Below are positions 11,991 through 22,289 of a DNA stretch of 64,000 nt, piece after piece; within the stretch, counting starts at the first letter, position 1; every line of letters begins with the position of its first letter. The translations under genes and the position numbers were made by a program. The stretch is from Longimicrobiales bacterium (GTDB lineage Bacteria; Gemmatimonadota; Gemmatimonadetes; Longimicrobiales; Gaopeijiaceae), in the NCBI GenBank assembly GCA_965198065.1, contig CBDAON010000004.1, positions 512,001 through 576,000 on the forward strand. Reading direction: 5' to 3'. Under the pieces are notes generated by a model, which saw nothing but the letters and a program-made list of their open reading frames with translations, searched no databases and was not told the DNA's origin.

Positions 11991-12040
11991 CGTGAAACCT
12001 CTCCTCTTGGGTGGACAGTGAACCTGGCTGCCCTGGGTGT

Positions 12041-12709
12041 TCAGGGCAGGAGCTTCGCGAGGCCGTCGAGGACCAGATCGAGGCCGAACTCGAACTCCGA
12101 CTCGTAGGCCACAGCGTCCCTCCGGTGAGCGCTAGGGAAACGGGTTTGCATGATCCAGCCGATCATCTCGGTGAGGTACGGGTGTTCGTCCGAGTCGACG
12201 TGCGGTTGTAGGCTGGTTGCTACACTGTGCTGTTCCGCGGGGGCGAAAGGCCAGTTGACCTCCTGGAGCGTGAAGCCATGCACGTAGGCGTTAATCGTGA
12301 GTTGGGCTCTGTACGCCTGTTCAATCGAGAAGCCCGCCTGTCGAAGCGTTCCGATCACGGCCTCGCTGTATCGGAACCGCACGTGACTGGGCGTCACCCG
12401 CGACTCGACTAGAGCGGCCGCCCAGGGATGGCGCAGTAGCACTTTGCGAGCCGACCTCGCTGTGTCACGCAGGGCCACCTGCCAGGGGGCCTCGTCGGAC
12501 GGCGCCGCGAATTCGCTCACGACGAGTTCGACGATTCCGTCCAGAATGTCGTCCTTGTTGGCGACGTGGTTGTAGAGAGACATTGCCTCGACCCCGAGCT
12601 GCCCACCGAGCTTGCGCATGGAGAGTGACTCGATCCCGTTTCTATCGGCGAAGGAGATCGCGGCACGCAGTACTCGCTCGCGCGTTAAGGGCGTTCGGGG
12701 GGAAGCCAT
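12041..12709 (-). CDS. TetR/AcrR regulator with TetR_C domain
   Basis: LSMRKLGGQLGVEAMSLYNHVANK HTH. C-terminal FEFGLDLVLDGL. Confidence 0.93.
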   Translation of the reverse strand: MASPRTPLTRERVLRAAISFADRNGIESLSMRKLGGQLGVEAMSLYNHVANKDDILDGIVELVVSEFAAPSDEAPWQVALRDTARSARKVLLRHPWAAALVESRVTPSHVRFRYSEAVIGTLRQAGFSIEQAYRAQLTINAYVHGFTLQEVNWPFAPAEQHSVATSLQPHVDSDEHPYLTEMIGWIMQTRFPSAHRRDAVAYESEFEFGLDLVLDGLAKLLP

Positions 12710-12806
12710 GGGCCCGCATCTTTTGTCGAGTACGTGATTGGGCGCCCAGATTTCTGCGCGTGCTCTCCACCTGCGGTTTTTCGCAAGGGTGCGTGGGCCC
12801 GCTTAC

Positions 12807-12840
12807 CTTACAGCGTAAGCTTACGGCGTAATCCTGTCAA
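12807..12840 (-). promoter_or_regulatory. Sigma70-type promoter overlapped by two tandem palindromic TetR operators
   Basis: Minus strand TTGACA-17 nt-TACGCT. Palindromes CTTACAGCGTAAG (12807-12819) and CTTACGGCGTAA (12820-12831). Confidence 0.75.
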
Positions 12841-13092
12841 GGGGAAGAGCGCACCGCAGATATCTTCATGAGGCCCGAGCGGGCGGCCTAGTTTCGGGAG
12901 ATCCCCAGACCCGAGGCGTACCCGTGCTTCGCGCCCTACCCCCGCAGTGGGTAAGCTCCTACCGGATCCCCGTGTCGAAGCTGATCACGATCTCTGTGAA
13001 GAGACCCTCGACGACATCGACGTCCTGCTCGCAACGGGAAACGGATCGCTGGATTCGGGATCGAGCGTGTACCGCGAGGGCCGGGGCCGATC

Positions 13093-14533
13093 CTACGGCT
13101 CGAACGTAATCGGCATCGCGACCCACACAGCCGTCGGCGCTCCCAGCTGCAGCGCGGGCGTGAACTGGAACGTCCACGCGACCCGGAGGGCGGCGGCATC
13201 CAGGGGCGCGTGCTGGGAAGGTCGTGTTCACCAGCACGTTCTCCACGGACCCCGTCTCGTCGATGTAGAGCCAGAGCATGACCGTCCCCCCAACCCCGGC
13301 GTCCCGGAGTAACGGGGGGTACTCCCTCTCCAGCGCGTCGCCGACCTCGGCCCGGTTCCGTAGCTCGGGCTGGAACTCGTAGGGCGTGAAGCCCGGCGCG
13401 GCCGAGGTGACCGGTCCCCCTGGATCCTGGACGGACGGGGGCGGGGCGGACGACTGGATAATCGAGCGGATGTCGTCCGGTCCGAGGGACGGTGGTGGCG
13501 CCGGGGCGTCCCCGTCCCCGCCGACAGTCGTCTCGTCCAGTGGGCTGTCCACGGGGTTCGCGTTCGTGTCCACGCTCGGGCGCGTGCCCACGACCGGGGC
13601 CGTGATGGCCGGGTCGGTCTCGAGCTCCACGGTCGGCACCGGTGCCTCGCACGCGAACACCAGGATCATCGTCGCCAGCCCCGCGAGCCCGAGCGCCGTC
13701 CGTCCCCGGTGACCTTGGATTCGGTCCGTCATGGACTCGATCCTCCTCTCCAGGGTGGATTTGGGCTCGGCCAGGGCGACGAGCGCGAAGCTTCGCGGCA
13801 CCGCGCGCTGGCTTCCGACTTCGAGCAGGAGCGTACCGTACGCCTGCTTGTCCGGGTAGCGGCTCAACACCCGCGCATCGCAGTCCATCTAGATCGCGGC
13901 GCGGAGCCGTCGGAGCTGCCACCAGAGCGGGAGGTTCCACGGCATCGCCACGAGCATGACCGTGGCCAGGAGGAGGAGGAGCGGGTCGCGACCCTTCACG
14001 TGCTCCTGCTCGTGCACGAACGCCAGCCGGCCATCGAAGCGGGGGGCGTCCACGACCCAGCTCGGGAGAACGATCCGGGACCGGACGAACCCGATGACGC
14101 AGGGCCCGACGTCCTCCGTCAGGAGCACGTCCTCGCCGGCGACGTGCTCTGCCGACCACGACCTCCGGAGCCTTGCGAGTGACAGCAGGGAGAGCCCCAG
14201 GTAGACGAGGAGTCCCCCAGACATCCCGATCCAGAGATAGAGGAGGATCGGGTCCGCCGCGGCGAACGAGGGGGTCCACGAATCCGGGACACCGACGGCC
14301 CCGTTCGTGAGGACGGTGATCGGGCCGATCAAAACGCCCGATCCCGCGCCGGGCTCCACGGCCCGTGGGGCCAACCACGCCCCGAGGGGGAAGAGGCCCG
14401 AGCCCACGATGGCGGCAACCCACGGGAGCCGGGCCGGCTGTCCATAGAGCCGGGCGACGCGTTCCAGCGCGGCCGCCGCGACGCCCAGCAGCAGTGCGAT
14501 CCCCAGGCAGTATATCATCCACGCGCCAATCAT
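13093..14533 (-). pseudogene. M56 (BlaR1-like) metallopeptidase fused to a TonB C-terminal domain
   Basis: HEQEH zinc motif, PWNLPLWW, in-frame TAG at 13889 in the E-x-x-C-D motif. YPPLLRDAGVGGTV TonB_C motif. Frameshift ~13210. Confidence 0.85.
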
Positions 14534-14907
14534 TGGTTTTCCTCCTTCAGCCGCCCATCGAGAAGCTCCCGCATTCTCCGCATCTCCGCGTCGGAAAGTC
14601 CCCGGTCCGAGACGAGCTGCGTGACGAGGAGCTCGGGAGAGCCGCGGAAGAGCTTCTGAACCATGCGTCGGAGGGCGCTCTTCCGGGACCGCTCCCAGGG
14701 AACGAGTGGATAGTAGCGGTGAGCCTTCCCCTCTTCCGTGTGGGCCACGTGCCCCTTCTCCTCGAGCACGCGGAGCACGGTGGAGACGGTCGTATACGCG
14801 AGGGGGTCCGGAAGGCGCTCCCGCACCTCGGACGCGGTGGCGGTCTCCTTCTCCCAAAGGACACCCATCACGTCCAGCTCACGGTCGGTGAAGTTGATCT
14901 TGGTCAT
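14530..14907 (-). CDS. BlaI/MecI/CopY family repressor
   Basis: ELDVMGVLW, AYTTVSTVLRVLEEKG. Its stop overlaps the M56 ATG (ATGA). Confidence 0.93.
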   Translation of the reverse strand: MTKINFTDRELDVMGVLWEKETATASEVRERLPDPLAYTTVSTVLRVLEEKGHVAHTEEGKAHRYYPLVPWERSRKSALRRMVQKLFRGSPELLVTQLVSDRGLSDAEMRRMRELLDGRLKEENQ

Positions 14908-14922
14908 GGGCCAGCTCTTCAC

Positions 14923-14986
14923 TGTCAACTAGAGATATAGTAGAGAATGGGACGTTGGCGACTGCGTGTCAACTACTTTCATAGTT
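14923..14986 (-). promoter_or_regulatory. Promoter plus two BlaI-type operators
   Basis: Minus strand TTGACA(14972-14967)-17 nt-CATTCT. Palindromes ACTA-N6-TAGT at 14928-14941 and AACTA-N6-TAGTT at 14971-14986. Confidence 0.7.
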
Positions 14987-15303
14987 AATAGCCAGTCATG
15001 GGTACGCCCGTCGGGGTGCGTCGCGATGTCTCGGTCGTCGTGACTACGTGGTTCCAGTCGCGCTCCAGGTGCCGGTCATCTTCACCTCGCTAGCCACCCT
15101 ATCTCTCTATGGGACCCATTTACACCCCCTCCTGGGGGGAGTCGGTGAGTCAAATCCTGCTCTAGATGGGGCGCACTGAGGTGTGAGGAGTGTGGCGCCG
15201 CGAAGGATCCGTGGCCCGCGCGCCACGCAGAACGATCCGGCCTCCAAGGAGGGGGGCGGGCATCCTCGCGCCCACCCCCCCCCCGCCCCCGGATCCGGCC
15301 GTC

Positions 15304-16419
15304 CTACTGCTGGGCGAGCTGCCGCACGACGCCGCCGAGCATCCGCACCGTCGTGGCGTCCGCGGCCCGGTTGGCCTCCCCGTCCAGCTGGGTCGCGAGC
15401 TGCATCAACTCGCCCCGCCGCGCCTGGGCGGACATCCCCTCGAGCAGCCCCAGCTGGAAGCGCACGATCGCAATGCGGTTGGCCGCGAGCCCCCTCCCCC
15501 GCTCGAGCTGATCCAGATAGGCGCGGGCCAGCACGAACGTGGGCCGCGGGGAGTTATTGTGGCGGACGCGCATCCAGGCGCTGTCGCGGCACAGGCCACA
15601 AGTCGCTGGCGGATAGAACTGAGCCTTCGCGCCTACGTCTCCCATCAGTTGATATCGGAACCAGGCGACGGTTGCCCCGTGGATTCCAGGGTTCATGGCG
15701 TCCTCATGAACGCCCACGAATTGTGCGTCGACGAACTCCGTGGTGACGTCGGCGAGTGCCTGATCGGCGACTCCGTTGGCCCGCGCGTCTTCGGTGGCGC
15801 TGACGATAAGCATCGACGCAGCGTGCCGCGCTAGCTGGGGACGCTCAAAAGACGTGATCGGCATCAGCGGCACGGTGGTGACGATTCCGGCCGGGCCGGG
15901 AACGTTGGCTCCCGCGGTGATCGTGGCCCCACCGCCCTGGGAGTGCCCGGCAGCACCGATCTTCGTGAGGTCCAACATTCCAAAGTACACGCTGCCGGCG
16001 CGCGCGTTTTCAGCGACCAGCCAGTCGATCGCGGCCTTGTGAACCGCCCCGCCGGCGGTCCTGTTGGTGTGGGCGCCCATGACGACGAACCCGTGTGACA
16101 CCCAGTGGTCCAGTAGGTCTTGGTATTGATCGATCTGGTACCGCGTCCCGTTGTTCCAGCTGATGATCGGATGTTTGCGTCCCTCCTCTCCTAGCTGCAT
16201 CGGCCGGACGATGTCGTAGGCGGCGTTTGGACCGACGTTGGTCTCCCGTTGGATGGAGAACGGTCCGCGCTCGGCGAAATCGGTGACCGACGGCCAGGCG
16301 CTCCCTGTCGGCGCGGCGTCACTGCCTTGAGCAGGCGCATCCTGCGCATCCGCCGACGATGAAAGGGCGGAAAACGAAAGCGCGATCGACAGTGTGAGCC
16401 CGAGGACGAGCTTCTTCAT
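15304..16419 (-). CDS. Secreted alpha/beta hydrolase (cutinase/lipase-like) with an extra C-terminal helical domain
   Basis: Signal peptide MKKLVLGLTLS..., ERGPF, GHSQGG, putative D (TEDAR) and H (GVHED), CGLC. Confidence 0.8.
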   Translation of the reverse strand: MKKLVLGLTLSIALSFSALSSSADAQDAPAQGSDAAPTGSAWPSVTDFAERGPFSIQRETNVGPNAAYDIVRPMQLGEEGRKHPIISWNNGTRYQIDQYQDLLDHWVSHGFVVMGAHTNRTAGGAVHKAAIDWLVAENARAGSVYFGMLDLTKIGAAGHSQGGGATITAGANVPGPAGIVTTVPLMPITSFERPQLARHAASMLIVSATEDARANGVADQALADVTTEFVDAQFVGVHEDAMNPGIHGATVAWFRYQLMGDVGAKAQFYPPATCGLCRDSAWMRVRHNNSPRPTFVLARAYLDQLERGRGLAANRIAIVRFQLGLLEGMSAQARRGELMQLATQLDGEANRAADATTVRMLGGVVRQLAQQ

Positions 16420-16685
16420 GATGTTTCTCCGTCTTCTAGTTTCGCTGCGGGCTGGCCACATCCCTGGGGGCTGTCCAGAGCGCGGACAACCGAAACATAC
16501 ACTTCGCCTGGAAACTGCCGATAGGTGGGTACGCTTTCATCTACTGCGGCGTTCGTCCCCGGCCTACAGGCAGAGACCGCAAGTAGCGCGATCCAGCTGG
16601 AGGCCAACGACGATTCGCCCGCTGGACGACCGGGAATCTCCCGAATTCCTCAACTCAGGTCTCAGGACGCATGCGTAAATGAGGG

Positions 16686-19309
16686 CTACTCGAGTGACAC
16701 CCATATGGAGCCCTCGGACACGCGAATCGGGAAGATCGACAGAGATTGTCGGTTCTTGCTCACATCTCCCAACTGTTCCTGGCCTACCGCTCTTCCATCC
16801 GCTGCCAAGGCTCCGGCTCACTCCCTTATCTCACCTGTCTCCAGATCGAAACAGCTCTCGTGCCAGCGGCAAGTGATGGAGCCGTCATCTCCCACCTCGC
16901 TATCGTTCAGTGGAAGCATCAGGTGAGGGCAAGCATTGTTGATCGCATGAAGCCGGTCCGCCGTGCGAATGAGGAGGAGATCTAACTTCTCGAGTTCGAC
17001 GACTTTGCGCGTGCCGATGGGCAACTCGGCCTCATTGAGAACGCGCACCCAGTCCAAGCCGGCATATCTGTGACTCGTCTCGTCTGGTTGCTCGACCTCG
17101 GTCTGGAGGGCTGCCGCGGCCGATGGAACCAGTCCCGCGATCTCGTATAAGCTCCGGCGCTCACTCGTCCCCCGCAGCTTTACTCGCACGAAATCCTCGA
17201 TCGTCACGCTTTCCTTCACCTCCTGGTAAAGATCTTCGGAAACGAGTAGGCGAGTGTCCGCGGACTTGTTAGCGGCCTCAATGCGGCTGGCGACGTTGAT
17301 GGTCTCACCGACCCCGGTGAGCTTCTCCGTCGTGGCAGATCCGACGGTACCGATCACGGCCGGGCCGTAATGCATACCGATTCCGACGTCGAAGCTTTAC
17401 CCGAACATTGACCTGCCCCCAAAAGCGGTACCACCTAGAGTGTTAGTCCAAGCACCTCCTTTTGGCTGGGGGGTGGTCCAAGAAGCAGAGGTAGGTTGAG
17501 CAGCTTTGGGTCTGGCCGGATCGCTTCGGGGGCCGGGGGTCGATAACCCAGAGAGCTGTGCGGTCGATGCGTGTTGTATTCGCGCCGCCACTGCTCGATC
17601 AGCACCTTCGCCTCCTCCAGCGAATGGAAGATTTCGCGCTTCAGCAGCTCGTTTCGGAGCGTGCCGTTAAAGCTCTCATTGTAGCCGTTCTCCCACGGGC
17701 TGCCCGGCTCGATGAACAGCGTCTTCACGCCTAGCTCACCGAGCCACTGCCGAACCACTCGGGCCGTGAACTCCGGACCGTTGTCGGAGCGAAGATTCGC
17801 CGGTGGACCGTGCTCGGCAAACAGCTCGCTCAGCGTCTGCAGAACATCGTCCGCCTGAAGCCTGCGAGTCACCACGATCGCCAGGCACTCCCGGCTGTAC
17901 TCATCCAGCACCGTCAGCATCTTGAGCGGCCGTCCATCATGCGTCCGGTCCGCCACGAAGTCATACGCCCATACATGGTGTCGGTACAGGGGCCGCAGTC
18001 GGATACAAGAACCGTCGGTCAGCCACAGCCTTCCCTCGTTTCGGCTGCTTACTTGGCACCTTGAGCCCCTCCTGTCTCCAGATCCGCTCCACCCGCTTGT
18101 GGTTCACGGCCCAGCCCTCCGTCCTCAGCATCCCCGTCACCATCCGGTACCCGCAGCGCCCGAACCTGCGAGCCACCTTCACCACGTCCTCTCTCAGCGC
18201 CTCCTCATCTTCGCTTCGCTTCGGTATCCGACGCTGCGTCGAGCGTGCCTGGCCCAACACCCGGCACGCCTTGCGCTCACTCACCCCAAGCCGCTGGCGT
18301 ACTTGCACCACGCAGCGTCTGCGCCGCTCGGGGCTTAGAAGTTTTAGCTCGAGAAGGAGAACCAACAGCTGAAGCGGGCGGTGGCAGAGCTGACGCTGGA
18401 CAAGCTGATCTTGAAGGAAGCCTCCGAGCTCCTTGAGACGCTTCGCCTGGCTCAGCTTCATTCCCCCGTACTCCCGCCGCCATCGGTAGTACGTTTGCTC
18501 GCTCACCCCCAGGTCTCGCCACACCTCTTTGGTCGTATTGCCGTTCGCCAGGGCCACCTCTGCCTTGCGTAGCCGGTTGATGATCTGTGCCGGACTCAGC
18601 CTCTTTGGTGCGGCCATTGTGCCCTCCCCTTTCGTGTCTTGACCCCGTCCAGATTCTAAAACTGGACTCGGTCTCGTTTTAGGGGGGTAGATCAATAGGG
18701 CTTGAGGTGATCTACCACATGTAGCATCTCCACGGCCGCCTTCACGCCTCGCAGGGGCGCATGAGCGTCGTCCTCGATACCTAAGAGAGCCAGGATACCA
18801 TCCCCGTAGAAGTCGACGATATAGCCGCCGTTGCGCTCCACGACATCGCCGACCTGGAAGAAGTAGCGATTGAGGATGAAAATGACGTCGTATGCTGACA
18901 GCGTTTCGGTCAGGGCCGTGAAACCACGTATGTCACAAAACAGAACGGCGACGTTCTTGAATTCGCCGCAACGCCCCAACCGCTTCCGCGATAACTGGCT
19001 GGTGATCTCTAGATCCGTCTCGTCGATTACTAAGCGTCGGAGCTTCACGTCCCCGACTATCTTGGTTTGACAGGCCAAGCGTACCTCCGGCCCCAACCGG
19101 AGTCGATCTGCGAGGGAGCGTTCCTGGTCTGAGCGTGCGACACAGTTCTCTAGTCCCTCCAGGATCCAGACACGACAGGTGGAGCATCTGGCGTGGCCGC
19201 CGCACGCGTGTGCGTGTGCAAGGTTCGCCCGAAGTGTCGCTTCTAGAATCGTTTCGCCGTCTCTGACGTCGATTTCCCTCCGGTCGGGAAGGCATGTGAT
19301 TCTTGTCAT
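16686..19309 (-). pseudogene. 2Fe-2S ferredoxin / class III nucleotide cyclase / Rieske fusion, interrupted by IS3
   Basis: HACGGHARCSTC...RLACQ; FCDIRGF, GDG, GIGMHYG, NVASRIE; CPH...CRWH Rieske. IS inserted at 17409-18694. Stops at 17397 (TAA) and 16818 (TGA). Confidence 0.88.
17409..18694 (-). mobile_element. IS3-family element, related to but distinct from the 20465 copy, with an internal micro-inversion
   Basis: Ends TGACCTGCCCCCAAAAGCGGTACCA and TGATCTACCCCCCTAAAACGAGACC. orfA HTH (TYYRWRREYGG). DDE core (DEYSRE, SDNGPEF, WENGYNESFNG). Confidence 0.92.
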
Positions 19310-20208
19310 CAGCTAGTTGCCTGTAACAGCCTGAGCGTTGAGCGACGTTGATGTGTCGCGAGGGTCATCATACTGCCATTCTTAAGGACGAACGAACGAC
19401 CGGGGGGCGAGATGCGAAGAAGCTTCCTCAACAGCCTGGCCGCCGGAGTCACGAGCAACATCATCTCGCCGATGCACACTACCGTGATCTGCGCATCAGG
19501 TCCGGTCGTTCCCTGATCCTGTTCCAATTGCCGTCCTTCACCCAGGTGTCGGGGACCTTCTCGACCTCCGGCCTCTCATCGCCCTCGGCCGGGGCTTCCC
19601 CAAGGATCAGGTAGCAGTCGTCCTCTGAGATCGCGACCATTCACATCTAAGTATCCTGGCGTCATCTGCCAGCCCCCACCGTCAGAGTGAGCCAAGACTC
19701 GTGCCCTATCCTGCATGGCCACTTCGTGAACTTCGCGCTCCTCGCATGAACTCGCATTCGCTCGTTCGCCCTTCGGGTAACGCTCCGCTGGGCACTACGG
19801 CTGCCTTCGCAAGCTCGTGCCCTTCTTCGCGGCGCGCTCGCGAGCCAGACTCCGTTATCAGAGACTGAGCGCCGGAGGCTCCATATTGATCTCCAGCCAT
19901 AGGTCGGAATCCCAAGAGACAGGCGGTGAGGTGGAATGAAGAGGGCGGCTCAGCACCGTGGTGCAGAGAGCGTCACCTCACCGCCGTACCTCAGCGTCAT
20001 CCAGTACGGGAAATAAACTGGGTGCGTCTCTGGATGCTCAAGCACGACCCGAAGACTGTGGACCAGGCGCTTGTGGCGACGGGCTCGCTCGCGAAGTACC
20101 TGGCCTTCATCAAGGCGGTGCTCGATGAGCTCGCCCCAGGAGGTTGGTCCGACGCGCGAGGTCTCGGGTGGGGCCTTCGGCACCCCGTTTCGGTGCCAGT
20201 CCCGTCGG

Positions 20209-20464
20209 TCAGAGTGTCGCTGCGCCCGTCAACCCGTACCCCACGAGGAGGAGAAGGACACCCGCCACGAAGCCGACCATGAAGGCCGTATAGGAGACCC
20301 TCAGTAGCCGGAACTTCCGCTCGAGGACGCCCCCGAGAGAGTAGAGGTCGCGGGTCATGTTCAGATAGACCCGGTCCGTGTTCCTCATCAAATCCCTGCA
20401 TGCCCTCGACGTAATCCTCTTCGTTCATCCCAACGAAGTTACCGAAGAAGAGGATGTTGGACGT
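20209..20464 (-). pseudogene. C-terminal fragment of a DUF5706/Pycsar-effector-like membrane protein, truncated by IS3
   Basis: NILFFGNFVGMNEEDYVEGMQ / LMRNTDRVYLNMTRDLYSLGGVLERKFRLLRVSYTAFMVG, with a 1-nt frameshift ~20395. Family recognised from memory. Confidence 0.65.
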
Positions 20465-21735
20465 TGACCTGACCCGCTGAAACGAGACCAGGTGCAATGT
20501 TAGGATCGACCTGGTCCGAAGCTTTTCAGCGAGGAGGTCAGGATGGGAAGGAAGCGACACACTCCGGAGCAGATCATCACTGCAGTGCGGGAGGCAGAGG
20601 TCGGTCTGGCCGGCGGCAAATCCGTGAAGCTGATCAGGGGGGAGCTCGGCATCACCGAGCAGACGTACTACCGGTGGAGGCGGGAGTACGGCGGGATGAA
20701 GGTGAGCCAGGCACGGCGCCTGAAGGAGCTCGAGCGCGAGAACGGGCGCCTGAAGCGAGCAGTGGCGGACTTGACACTGGACAAGCTGATCGTGGAGGAA
20801 GCGGCCAAGGGAAACTTCTGAGCCCCGAGGGCCGACGACGTTGTGTGGTGCGTGTACGTCAGCAGCTCGGGGCGTCGGAGAGGAGAGCGTGCCGGGTGCT
20901 CGGGCAGCCACGCACGACCCAGCGCCGGGCGAGGAGAGTGGCGAGTGACGAGGGGGCGCTCCGAGGTGATATCGTGCGACTCGCGAGTCGATTCGGCCGC
21001 TACGGCTAGCGACGCGTCACGGACACGCTCCGCATCGAGGGCTGGGGGGTGAAGCACAAGCGGGTGGAGCGGATCTGGAGGCAGGAGGGGCTGAAGGTCC
21101 CGGAGCGGCAGCCGAAGCGAGGTCGGCTGTGGCTCAACGACGGATCGTGCATCCGGCTGAGGCCGCTGTATCGGGGCCACGTCTGGTCGTACGACTTCGT
21201 GGCCTCAAGGACGCACGACGGGCGTGCGCTGAAGCTGCTGACAGTGCTGGACGAGCACACGAGGGAGTGCCTGGCGATCGTGGTGGCTCGCAAGATCCGC
21301 TCGCACGACGTGCTCGAGGTGCTGGCCGATCTGTTCGTCCGACACGGGCCCTCCCGAGTATCTGAGGTCGGACAACGGACCGGAGTTCACCGCGAAGCCC
21401 GTGCGGCGGTGGTTGGGGCGCGTGGGCGTCGAGACGCTCTTTATCGAGCCGGGCAGCCCGTGGGAGAACGGCTACAACGAGAGCTTCAACGGCAAGCTCA
21501 GGGACGAGCTGTTGAACGGGGAGATCTTCTGCTCGTTGGCGGAGGCGGCCGTGCTGGTCGAGCAATGGAGGCGCGAGTACAATACCGTCCGACCCCACAG
21601 CGCCTGCGGCGGCTTTCCCCCGGCCCCTGAGGCGATTAAGCCGTCGCCCTGGTTCCTGAGGATGCCCGTCCTTCACCGCCCTCCACAGGTGCTGGGACTA
21701 ACATAGGTTGTGGTACCGCTCTTCGGGGCAGGTCA
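20465..21735 (+). mobile_element. IS3-family element, full length, orfB inactivated
   Basis: IRL TGACCTGACCCGCTGAAACGAGACCA, IRR ...GTACCGCTCTTCGGGGCAGGTCA. orfA 20543-20821 ends in the GGGAAAC -1 slippery motif. TAG ~21007 and frameshift ~21350. Confidence 0.93.
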
Positions 21736-22141
21736 CTCGCAGAAGGGGGTCGCGGAGAGGGCGGAAGGCCTGAGCGCGACGGTCGCCCTCGACTACCTAG
21801 AGGTCCCCGCTCTACTGACAGTCCGAGTCCCCTCCCAAGGTACGCTTGGTGCCCAACTTTTTCTGGGACCTGCCCTATCGTTTGAGGTTGACTGTCACGT
21901 AACCGGGTCGGATGGCGGTTCGGGTATCTCGACCGGCTGCAAGGGACTCGACCTTGATACGAGAACTGTCGACATCGGTGCGGTCGGAGGTTTCGGACTG
22001 ACGCTAGAAACCACAAGCAGCGTCGTCCTTTCCATAGACGCGCTCTACAATCTCGGCCTCAGAACGATTGTCGATGGGGGAGGCAACAATAGGAATCGAG
22101 CCTTCACCATTCAGGCCGGGGTCGGGTTCACTATTGGCTAG
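21736..22141 (+). pseudogene. 3' part of an outer-membrane beta-barrel (PorT-like) gene, 5'-truncated by IS3
   Basis: SQKG...LDYLEVPALL...GPALSF...YNLGL...FTIQAGVGF. Confidence 0.7.
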
Positions 22142-22289
22142 CCCTAGACGATGCTTTCCAACCCGAACTGCGCACGGGAAGGTCAGGCAGGCGCCGCTAT
22201 CCTCCCGCGCCCAATTCCTCCAGGGATAGTTGGGAAGGATCTCCGATTCGAACGGCCTGAATTTCGGCCGATGAACACGGGAGGGCATC

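Noticed and set aside
16818..16820. Selenocysteine TGA in the Rieske domain
   Set aside because: The position fits Trp (TGG->TGA) and the gene is already disrupted.
16686..20464. Functional Pycsar system
   Set aside because: Both parts are broken, the order is non-canonical, and debris separates them. Kept only as a low-certainty finding.
10480..21009. Amber (TAG) recoding suggested by several in-frame TAGs
   Set aside because: TAG terminates normal genes here, and the affected genes carry other lesions.
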